DNA of 64,000 bases from Anthoceros angustus (Eukaryota; Plantae; Anthocerotophyta). Within the stretch, counting starts at the first letter, position 1, and the number at the start of each line of letters is the position of its first letter. The position numbers and the translations under genes were made by a program. The DNA is taken from the NCBI GenBank assembly GCA_010909165.1, contig MU008220.1, positions 159,764 through 223,763 of the forward strand, in the 5' to 3' direction. The notes under the pieces are model-generated. The model saw nothing but the letters and a program-made list of their open reading frames with translations, was not told the origin of the DNA and did not search any database. Shown here piece by piece: positions 1-10,434 of this stretch.

Positions 1-147
1 TGAAAAGTGAGATAGTAGACCCTCTAGAAAGAAATTCGTGTCTTGCGTAAATAGGGAGAAGATATAAGACAATTTATTGACAAATAACAAGCTAGGCTAG
101 ATAGATCAAAGAAGAAGAAAAAAGGTGGAGGAGGAGGAGAAGAAATG

Positions 148-851
148 TTTTATAGTTCTATTGTTCTATACTTTATAGAAGTGAACTTTAGATTAAATTT
201 GGGTTTATATAACCTCAAACAGAGACAAAAACAAGACCTAAAAAGTAGTCAAAACTTAAAATTCAATTGAAATATATATGGAAAGTGGAAAGAACTAAAT
301 AGAAAGAGATCCCCTCATTACAATAGTAGTTGTTGAAATCTATTTCTTCTTTGTCACTCCATGGAAATCCACTTAATGTCTATTTGTGAACTAGCAGAGA
401 GATACACCTATGGACGAAGTTTAGAAGTATTAAAAGAAGATATATGATTATATAAAATAATGCAAATTCGGCAGATTTTGGATAATACATGAACTTAGAA
501 CTACTTAAGGTCTATATAATAACGGGAGACTTTATAAAGATGCAAAAGAAATATTTTATAGTTCTATATTTTATAGTAGTGAACTTTAGATTAAAATTGG
601 GTTTATATAGACCCAAACAGAGAGAAAGGGGTACATAAATAAAAGTGGTCAAAACTTGAAATTCAATTGAAAGACATATGGAAAGTGAAAAGAATCAAAG
701 AGAAAGAGATCCGCCCTCATTACGATAGTAGTTGTTAAAATCTATTTCTTCTGTGTCACTCCATGGAAATCAACTCAATATCTATTCTTGAACCAGAAGA
801 GAGAGAGATACACCTATGGACGAAGTTTAGAAGTATTAAAAGAAGATATAG
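148..851 (+). repeat. Older ~400-bp-period direct duplication in the AT-rich block (148-445 vs 554-851), present in every unit
   Basis: TTTTATAG..GTGAACTTTAGATTAAA..CCTCATTAC..CCATGGAAATC..TTTAGAAGTATTAAAAGAAGATATA occurs twice with fixed diagnostic differences. Confidence 0.85.
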
Positions 852-864
852 AAAAACTAAATTT

Positions 865-2595
865 TTATTGAGGGCAAAACATTGCTGGAAAAAGCCCATC
901 CAGCAAAGGACAACCAAGGGGGACCTAAGGATCGAGGTGAAAAGGAGCAACAAAGCTCCCTACCGTAAGCTTCCGATTGCGCCTACGATGTCGTATGCGG
1001 GAAGAGAAAACGCCCTACAAACTACAGAGGTTGAGGAGGATGCGTCGCCTAATGTCGCTGCTTTGTGGATGACTGCCGTAGAGAGGGCTTGTTGAAGAGC
1101 AATTGAAACTCGTTGTCTAAAGAATGCCGTGAAATAAGTTAGAGAGGGACAGCCCGCTCACGGCATGATAAGCCTTAGCGCAGGACTTGAGAAAAGTATC
1201 AAAGTCCCGAGCCAACGCCCATATGTTTCAAGGGTGAGCGGAATGAATTGGTGGCCCGCTTGCATCGCGCTATATTCCCCGACTTTGATAGCCGCCCGTC
1301 CGCAGCCCAACTGCATAGTTAGTGATAACCCGTGCAGTGATGGAGTCGCGTGAAGGCTCAGTTACCACCACATCCACCATCAAAACCTGGTTGCCGCGGA
1401 CGAGGTACAAGTCAGCCCTGATTGACCGACCAATATGAAGAGTGTACCCCCGCTCCCTCCAGGCTATGTAGGCACGCAAACGTGACATCACAGATGGTGT
1501 CATGGGTGGAAATGCGATGATCCCATGGGGGTAACGAGCAAGGTGTATCCCGAGTCATCAAGGCGAGCCGCATTCGCAAGTAAGGAGAGAGGAAGCCACG
1601 GGCTGGAGCAGGCCAAGACGGAAGCGCATCGCAGTAGAGAAGGTGGTTGGTGCGATGTGAAAGCCTTGTATACATGGACGAGCCAATAGCCAGGCACCTG
1701 CGCCCTTCGCAGAGGAAGAGCAAAGCTGCAGTCTCGTGGACCTCGGAATGGAGGGGTCCATGAGGACGGACTAGAAGGCCTTACAAAGTTGCTTCTCAAG
1801 CAGGGATGCTTACAACCCCCTAAAGCCACGGGGGCAACGTGCGGATGAGATAACCAGGGCGCCTAGCAAAAGAAGAGAAAAGTATACCAAAGGCCATCCG
1901 TGCATCCTCCGGCAAAGAGAAGTCCTCGATGTGGGAGAGGTCTTCCGCGAGAGCGTGGTCGAGGAACCTCCAAATGAAGTCAAGAGAAGCAAAGGGGACT
2001 CCCAAAATCCGCAGGCCGGGGGCTAGAGCAATATTCTCCCCTGCAGAGAATCGCAAAGTAGGGGGTGATCTCTGACAGAGACCAGACACGGCACTTGGAC
2101 AGCTTGACCTTCAAGCCCACCAAAGAAAGCTCATGTGAGAAGAGCTCGAAGGCCTCCTTGACCTTGTCCCTCTAGAGGCTCGAGGATGTGAGAGTCATCT
2201 ACCAGCGAAGGGAAGACATAGTCACATGCAGAGGAGGCAGCCCTGGATAGGGCCCTGTAGTGAGCGATTGCAAAGAGAGCACCTCCCAGAGGGTCGCCCT
2301 GCCTGATACCTGTGGACGACTCCAAGACAAAGATGGCAAATCCTGATGGTACGTTCTTGTGCTGATAGTAGAGATTGGAGGACCTCCCGTAGAAGCTCCT
2401 GACAAAAGGTATAAGGCTCCCCAAGACACCTCCAGCGTCCTTGAGTTCCTCGAAGATGACGCCTCTAGAGATAGTATTGAAGGCGTTTCTCCACGTCCAC
2501 TTGTAAGACCATCCACTCTGGGTGGATATAGAGGCATGCCATCACTCCAAACACCACGGACTCGCAACCCGTGAGCTCCTAGAGAAGGGACAGGC
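865..2595 (-). mobile_element. 5'-truncated non-LTR retrotransposon, RT + restriction-like endonuclease (CRE-like clade), degenerate
   Basis: Minus-strand motifs across frameshifts: GCESVVFG, VLQVDVENAFNTISR, STGIRQGDPLGGALF, SLVDDSHIL, GLKVKLSKC, GLRILGVPF, HD, RADLYL..LMVDVVVTEP, FIPLTLETYGRW, FRQRVSIALQ; AATAAA near the 3' end (~865-870). Confidence 0.88.
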
Positions 2596-2634
2596 ATTGC
2601 CGCATTATTTAGCCGAGCCGATGTTTTATGTTAC

Positions 2635-3250
2635 ATGAAGAGTACAAATGGTGGGAGCGCCTGTGTTGATTAGGAGGAGATTGGTGTTATAGTGGACAAC
2701 CATATCGGGCTGGTTCAACGCCCATGGAAGTGGTTTTCTAGGTTGGAGGCCGATGGCACGGTCGAGCCACTGTTCTCGATGAGGCTTTCTTTGGGCGATA
2801 TTGCGGAACTTCCACAACGCGATATGTATTTGGGGGCATATAAAAACTTGTGCATGCAAAGAAGAAATGACGCGTTTGAATGGCGATATTACGGAGATCA
2901 AGAAAGGAATGTTCCTAGCGCCTTGCACTATAGACACTCACAACAGGCCATTTTGGATTAAAAGATCATAGAAGTGAAGTTGGAATCATCGAAATCTCAC
3001 TTCCTTGTTCGTTGGTATATGACCGAGCATACAAATGCTTATGAGGGAGATATGTGGAGGAAATATATAATTCAAGGAAGTGGAACCCAACATGGCTTCA
3101 AGCTAGGAACAAAGGAGTAAAACCTTCTATCCCAAAAATATTCAACAGTCCATGTGAGCAAACGATAATCCTTTATTATGGATTTGTGTTGAATGCTCGA
3201 AAGCATTTACATGTTGTTGACAAGAAAGCGATCAGGATAAGTTGAGTGAA
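2635..3250 (+). pseudogene. C-terminal segment of a DNA transposase (homologue of 62000-62620); also at 19570-20098, 21045-21655, 31355-31965, 43860-44490, 56425-57035
   Basis: Composite translation KWWE..IVDN..PWKW..ELPQRDMYLG..NGDITEIKKGMFLA.PC..PFWIKKII..VRWYMTEHTNAYEGRYVEEI..IILYYGFVL is collinear with the minus-strand transposase at the window end. Confidence 0.7.
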
Positions 3251-3439
3251 TTACGTGGTTCATACACCACTACTCAAAGTGCAGATCATGAAGATAGTGA
3301 TGAAAATGGTGCTAACGACAAGCCCAGCCACAACGAAGGAGTGAACTCCGGAGATGAGTAAACTTGCTTGCATGGAGAAGGAATTGGAGGAGGCAATGGT
3401 TGCCGATACTCGAGATAAATGTAGGGATTCAACATCCAA

Positions 3440-5030
3440 TTTAAATTATCTTGTAGGAGCCTTTGTTATGGTATGTAAGCGGGTGAAAGCTTTTGTCCAT
3501 TGCCATCGCTTTGCAATAAAAACCATGTTTCCTTATACGTGTTTTCAACACAACATTTAAATAATGTACGGGTTGGGGCCGATTAGCGATGTCCCAAGAA
3601 TATGGAAAATGTGTTGGCCATAGCGGACACTTGACCAAGGATGACAAATATATATGCATGTTACCAGTACCCCAACCCTCTTGGATCGGTTGCTTGTGTT
3701 TGTTATGGTGCTTGTGGTACCGTGGGGACCGAATAGGGCAGCGGTAAACCTCCGGGACAAGACAGGCCGACCGTGCCCCGCCTCCACTAGCAGCCCGCCA
3801 AGTATACGTTGCTTAAAACCCAAAGGCGAGATGACCTTAACCCTTTGAAAACCCTAGACTTCAAAATGTATTTGCGAAGACTTTGGTTTTTGGCACTAAC
3901 CATACTTTCCCACATTTGAGGCAAATCCGAGATAAGGGGATTGCTTTCCCGATGGTAAAGGTCAATGTGGTGGGTCTTACTTTGCCAAATCATATGGGTA
4001 AAGAATTGCGAACACCCTTCTACGGCGTGTACCCATGTTGAAAAAGTGGGGCAAGGTGAATGGGACACCCTTTTTTGTGGTACTTTCACTAAAAGGTGAT
4101 ATCCACGATTTAAGACCCATGTGTGGTTAACCCCTTTGGCACATGTTTAAGACAAAACCCTCATCATGTATATTCCCCTTGAAGGTTTACGGTGTTGGGG
4201 GCTCTTGTAGGACCAACAAAATCTCGCATGAACTCTAGGTGTAGCTCGTCCACAAACTCCTCCGCCTTGTTGCTCCACATTTGCCTTGACTTGCAAGGGG
4301 GTTGTGCATTTTGAGCCTTCTTTCCTGTTGCGCCCGAGCCATGGTACTGTCAACCACAAAGGAGAGAAAGGGAGAAGATGGAAAGAGCAACTCTTATCGA
4401 TCGAGCGCAAGCTTGGCACCGCGACAAAGACAAATCAAGAGAGCAAAAGAGCTTAAGGTTGCATGCGGCGATGGCGGAGAGGAGAGGTGCACACAAATAG
4501 AAAGATGCCCAAGATGAGAATTGAAGGGTGCGTTCTTATGCCTCGCATGTTGTCCTTGCCACCGTGCCTTAATTGTCGGGCCTTAGGTCCGGCAGACACC
4601 CCACCATCAGAGCGTGAACGGCCGGGCCACTCTAATCCTTTTGCTTATTATGCCTGTTATACAAAGTGCCATATCATCCACTTTACTCCATCCTTTCCTC
4701 GCACCGTGCCTTGTGGGGCCACTTTGATTCTCAACCACCCAACCACCTTAACAAAAGGTGCAACTCAACGTGACTATTAAGGTGGGTGAGCAAAGTGGCC
4801 AAAGCAACGTGGGTCTCTTCTCCGCCTTCCGACTACCATCCTTCTCCATTTCATCCTCCGCACCTTTGATCCAATCCTCCGCTTTTGGGGAATCTTGGCC
4901 GGCAATCCTTATTTTCCCATTCAAATCGTCTCAAAGAAAAGAAAATCACACACACAAGCGCCTTCCGGGTTATTAACATCCAATGCGGTCTCCACATACG
5001 CCCTTCTCATTTGTTGGCATCCTCACCAAC
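3440..5030 (-). other. Degenerate coding-like region downstream of the gypsy integrase (possible extra 3' ORF of the retroelement); product unidentified
   Basis: Protein-like stretches (MWSNKAEEFVDELHLEFMRDFVG, SQFFTHMIWQSK, MWESMVS..LRKYILKSRVFKG) on the integrase strand, contiguous with its stop codon; no family recognised. Confidence 0.3.
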
Positions 5031-5318
5031 CTAGGCATAATACTTCTTCACGCCAACCATTCACCCGAATTGGTAACCACGTTCCATCCTATTGACATAA
5101 TTGCACATAACCATTTTCAAATACCTCTAGGACGGTATATGATTCCATCCATCGTAGGTGCAACTTCCCGAAAATGCATGAATCGCTATCATACAATAAT
5201 GCGTGGTCACCCGGCTTTACCTACCGCCCGCAACCGCTTGTCATGCATCCTCTTTCTTTGTGTTTGTACCATGCCCATTTGGATCCTAGCTTCCTCCGAT
5301 GGACGTCAAGGAGGGAGC
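5031..5318 (-). mobile_element. Ty3/gypsy integrase C-terminal (GPY/F-like) fragment; also 33789-34075, 46275-46555, 58825-59112
   Basis: LDVHREEARIQMGMVQTQRKRMHDKRLR..KPGDHALLYDS..GKLHLRWM.SYTVLEVFENGYVQL..DGTWLPIRVNGW..KKYYA*. Confidence 0.8.
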
Positions 5319-6660
5319 TTACATCGGCTTCTTAGTTTGCCGCTCAATTGCTGGCACAGAACGCTTCACACCTTGTGCAGCAGCACGCATTTTGGCAGGT
5401 GTTTTCTCTTCCTTGGTGGCATAGTAGTGGTCATTTGATATGTGAAATCGCGTCAATGCTGATGGATCAGTATGAGCCTCCTCCGCTTTGTTGTTCTCGG
5501 ACTTTTGCACAAAGATCTTAGTTGCAGCATGGCTCTGCAAATGTTGAGCTTCACTTGCGTCAGGTATTTCGAATGCCATGTTTGGGTCGTTGAAGTCAAA
5601 TATCAGCTTTGACCTACACACAGGCCTCGTGGCACGAGCGTCATTGTCCCATTGAACTGGTCCACCACTTGCATGATGCCAATTCGGATTCGCATAATGG
5701 GCCCGTAGCTCCACCCTTTCCTTTGTACAACGTTATTTACTCCATCAACTTGATCAAGCATCCTTGCTCGCATCGGATCTCACGACCATCTCGACTCTAA
5801 TCGTAACATCCGAGGATGCCTAGGCACCTCTACACGCCTACCACATGGCTTGCTCAAAGGCTCAATCAAGATAGGCCTATATTGACTAGCAAGAGGTCTC
5901 AAGTTCTCCGTCCCATCCATCCTCAAGCATTGAGAGGCAAACCTTTCTCGAGCATTCATTATCTCCCACAAAATTTGGTCTTCCCAATCTTGCTGGTGCA
6001 ATGCTTCAAAGTTGGCGGTGGCATGAGGTTCACCGCGGTGACAAATGCTCCCAATCGGATTTCATGGGCTCACAAGCAACGAACACTTCTTTCTTTGATC
6101 TTGGCTTGGGCTTCTTGTCATATCCAAAGTCATGGCATAGAGGTTCGCCATCGCCCAGCCCATCGCATCTGCTTCCTCAACTTCATCCTCTGCACTCAAA
6201 CCTTCTAAATCGGTATATTACCAAATACCAACATTAGCCAACTTTTGAAAATTTCCTCCTCATCGATTCCACTTCAAAACCATCTTCCACGCACGTTCCT
6301 CCTATCCGTGCAGAACCAATTTAAAGGGTGACCTCCAAAAGCATATCGCTGGAGTCGATACCGAGTACAACCAAATGAATCCAGAACATTTTTCATCGAA
6401 TATGACCAGGTAGAAACCTTTAGAGTACGCTCTTTTGCATCCTGTTTTTCGGCTCCCAGCAGCCCAATACGGTTGATCCACACCAAACAATTCAGAAAAT
6501 CGCAGAATGACTTGGCCATCTAGGTGATACAGGATAGACGGATCCAGTTTTTGATTGACCTCTGCGGTAGAATGATCATCATTGGCCACACATAGATCCC
6601 GAAATACAACAGATCTGACTCTCAATATGATTGAATCAACGAATTCCTTCTCATCGAAAG
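5319..6660 (-). pseudogene. TAF1: Fragment of TFIID subunit TAF1 (N-terminal region), frameshifted
   Basis: DGQVILRFSELFG, ACEPMK, HQQDWEDQILW, RHPRMLRLES, SKLIFDFNDPNMAFEI..HLQSHA, RFHISNDHYY, SVPAIERQTKK follow the order of plant TAF1/HAF motifs as recalled (VILxFSEIF, QQxWE, HPQLLRLES, KLIFDLxDEQM, FNxSNDKFY, HSVPAIKLQTMK). Confidence 0.85.
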
Positions 6661-6669
6661 ACTAAGTAG

Positions 6670-8300
6670 TTTGCCAACCCATGGAACTGCTATATTAGTG
6701 CACTGGTTTGAATGAGCGCTTCCCCCCTAAACCGCATTGACATTTTACGACTTGGCTTGGGCTCTAACTCATGAGTCCGGTCATCAAGATCATAATCATC
6801 TTCTTCAAGTATTGAGGTAAAGTGCACCAAAAGCTTCAACATAAAATTGTTGATCCCAAGGGGTATATGGAGCTCCGGTTCCGTGTCCTCAACTTCTTCT
6901 CGTATGTCCTCACAAATGGCGGCATCCTCACCCGTCGAGGAAACCTAGAGACAACGACCAAAATCATGAGCCGAGGCAACTTGATTAAGGCGGAAAGTGC
7001 ACTGGTTTGAATGAGCGCTTCAGCCCTAAAGCATTGACATTTTACGACTTGGCTTGGGCTCGCCGTCACGAGTCCGGTCATCGACATCATAATCATCTTC
7101 TTCAAGTATTGAGGTGCAGTGTGACCAAAGTCGCTTCAACATAAAATTGTTGATCCCAAGGGGTATATGGAGCTCGGTTCCGTGTCCTCAACTTCTTCTC
7201 GTATGTCCTCACAAATGGCGGCATCCTCACCCGTCGAGGAAACCTAGAGACAACGACCAAAATCATGAGCCGAGGCAACAGCGAAGGCGGAAAGTGCACT
7301 TGCAACACTAAGAGCTAACCATCGCACTTCCCAAGCTGCAGCTCGGAGCCCAGTAGGCCAAAGGAAGGTGAGAAGGTCATGATGCAGACATCCCACCAAG
7401 TTTACAGAATAGAGCTCGAGCGCCCAACTAGAGGAAGAAGAGAGCACTTACCACGCTCAAAGACAGAATGCTAGCGAGATGATAGACGGATCCAGCTTTT
7501 GATTGACCTCTGCGGTAGAATGATCATCATTGGCCACACATAGATCCCGAAATACAACAGATACGCTCTCAATATGATTGAATCAACGAATTCCTTCTCA
7601 TCGAAAGACTTGGTAAGTAGTTTGCCAACCCATGGAACTGCTATATTAGTGCACTGGTTTGAATGAGCGCTTCAGCCCTAAACCGCATTGACATTTTACG
7701 ACTTGGCTTGGGCTCAACCGTCACGAGTCCGGTCATCGACATCATAATCATCTTCTTCAAGTATTGAGGTGCGTAGTGACCAAAGTCGCTTCAACATAAA
7801 ATTGTTGATCCCAAGGGGTATATGGAGCTCGGTTCCGTGTCCTCAACTTCTTCTCGTATGTCCTCACAAATGGCGGCATCCTCACCCGTCGAGGAAACCT
7901 AGAGACAACGACCAAAATCATGAGCCGAGGCAACTTGAGGCGGAAAGTGCACTTGCAACACTAAGAGCTAACCATCGCACTTCCCAAGCTGCAGCTCGGA
8001 GCCCGGTAGGCCAAAGGAAGGTGAGAAGGTCATGATGCAGGACATCACGACCAAGTTTACAACAGAATAGAGCTCGAGCGCTCCAACTAGAGGAAGAAGA
8101 GAGCACTTACCACGTTCAAGACAGAATGCTAGCGAGAGCGATAGACGATCATTCTCATCCCGCAAGAGCGCCAACAACCACTTCATTCATTCACAACTAC
8201 GCTGCATTTGCAAGCTCAAAAGGAACAGTTGCAACCTCGGAAGAAGCAAAAACATCAAAACAAAAGGCGAGGTCGGCACTTGGGAACCGCCACGCTTGGA
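6670..8300 (+). mobile_element. Possible LTR-retrotransposon gag-like remnant (with local duplications)
   Basis: Composite HWFE.LQP.TALTFYDLAWAL..KIVDPKGYME..AESALATLRA..EKVMMQDITT..IELER loosely resembles gag capsid regions; no diagnostic motif. Confidence 0.3.
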
Positions 8301-9064
8301 CAGACTGAAGAAGGTAATCGACATCGAGACCTCCATCGCCGAGCTTCCCAGACGTAAACCCGTTCAAGTGCCCGCCATACTCCTCTTCACCTTCGTCCTC
8401 CCTCTTTGGCCAAACGGTGGGCCCATAAAGCCTCGAAGCCGTGATCGCCGCACTCTCTTACTTGGTTTGCCTGCACTTATTCCGCTTCACCAGCCCAGCC
8501 GTAGTCTCTTGTTCCACCACTTGGGTGGCCTGCATCAGATCACCAGCGGTGGTGGTGTGCATGATAATTTCTCGCTCCTCAACGATAAGATGCCAATTGT
8601 ACATGGAGGGGCGGGCATTGCATTCGATTAGGATCTTGAGAATCAACAAGACCCCGGTGATACTCGATGAACTGCTATGGGCCCTAAGATTGAGGCCCCA
8701 TATGGAGTCTATAGGGACCATGGGCAATTATCTCTTCATGATTATCGCTCCCCACTATGACTAGTCTTTGAACATGATTCATGTAACCCAGAACTCAAAA
8801 CAATTTGAAGATTAACCATAATATTTTAGTATGATGATGCTATTAAATAAGGATGAAATATTTAAAATAATATGTTATAAATTCATTCCAAGATATAACT
8901 TGCACGGATTCTACTTTAATTTGTATATGTTATTAATTACCATGAGAAAAAGTCGTCACGTTTGTCTCCGTGAAAAGACTTTGAGGTGTTCGAGTTTTGT
9001 TCGCCACAAATTTAAAGTCAAGAGCAATGTCCGCAATACAATTAGGCCAAAATCATGCAAGTAA

Positions 9065-9098
9065 GGATAGGTAGATAGATAGATAGATAAATAAATAG
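9065..9098 (+). repeat. Short (GATA)n/(AATA)n microsatellite; also ~26730, ~39043, ~51830
   Basis: GGATAGGTAGATAGATAGATAGATAAATAAATAG, identical in all four copies. Confidence 0.85.
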
Positions 9099-10434
9099 AA
9101 TATTTTACTACATTACGGTCTCGAACAAGGAAACTAATGCGCCTCGCATGAGGAATATATGTATGTAAACAAGAATGCACATGTCGTCATTCATAAGGTA
9201 GAAATAAAAAAGAATGGAAAAATGGGAAGAGATCTTACCAGATCGATTGGTCTACCCTTTTATTCAACCAACTTCGACTCAGACACAGAGACTCTTTCTT
9301 TCATCTTGCTCAAGACTCTCGATAAGGTTTTCATGAATCATTCATCTAGCTCGAGGCTTTCAATAAGTTATGCCACACGTTGTTCCCATAGATGTTATTT
9401 TTAAAATACGAGATGGGAGATAAAAGGAAGAACTTTTATGTAGACTTGAAAAGTGAGATAGTAGACCCTCTAGAAAGAAATTCATGTCTTGCGTAAATAG
9501 GGAGAAGATATAAGACAATTTATTGACAAATAACAAGCTAGGCTAGATAGATCAAAGAAGAAGAAAAAAAGGTGGAGGAGGAGGAGAAGAAATGTTTTAT
9601 AGTTCTATTGTTCTATACTTTATAGAAGTGAACTTTAGATTAAATTTGGGTTTATATAACCTCAAACAGACAAAAAACGATTACCTAAAAAAGTAGTCAA
9701 AACTTAAAATTCAATTGAAATATATATGGAAAGTGGAAAGAACTAAATAGAAAGAGATCCGCCTCATTACAATAGTAGTTGTTGAAATCTATTTCTTCTT
9801 TGTCACTCCATGGAAATCCACTTAATGTCTATTTGTGAACTAGAGAGAGATACACCTATGGACGAAGTTTAGAAGTATTAAAAGAAGATATATGATTATA
9901 TAAAATAATGCAAATTCGCAGATTTTGGATAATACATGAACTTAGAACTACTTAAGGTCTATATAATAACGGGAGACTTTATAAAGATGCAAAAGAAATA
10001 TTTTATAGTTCTATATTTTATAGTAGTGAACTTTAGATTAAAATTGGGTTTATATAACCTCAAACAGAGAGAAAGGGGTACATAAATAAATAGAATATTT
10101 TAGTATGATGATGCTATTAAATAAGGATGAAATATTTTATAGTTCTATATTTTATAGTAGTGAACTTTAGATTAAAATTGGGTTTATATAGACCCAAACA
10201 GAGAAAGGTACATAAATAAAAGTGGTCAAAACTTGAAATTCAATTGAAAGACATATGGAAAGTGAAAAGAATCAAAGAGAAAGAGATCCGCCTCATTATA
10301 GTAGTTGTTAAAATCTATTTCTTCCGTGTCACCCATGGAAATCAACTCAATATCTATTCTTGAACCAAGAGAGAGAGATACACCTATGGACGAAGTTTAG
10401 AAGTATTAAAAGAAGATATAGAAAAACTAAATTT

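Larger units (their letters stand above)
1..9446 (+). repeat. Array unit 1 (short variant lacking the PPR/minisatellite cassette; local duplications 6700-8060)
   Basis: Anchor-to-anchor interval; direct comparison with units 3 and 4. Confidence 0.9.

Noticed and set aside
865-2595. Bacterial RT system (retron, group II intron, DGR)
   Set aside because: The RT is followed by a eukaryotic RLE domain and a poly(A) signal; no ncRNA, template/variable repeat pair or operon context.
8761-8766. CTAG|TC as a Helitron head-to-tail junction
   Set aside because: No hairpin 8-15 nt upstream (the nearest imperfect stem is ~60 nt away), the motif is not conserved in unit 4, and no Rep/helicase sequence is present.
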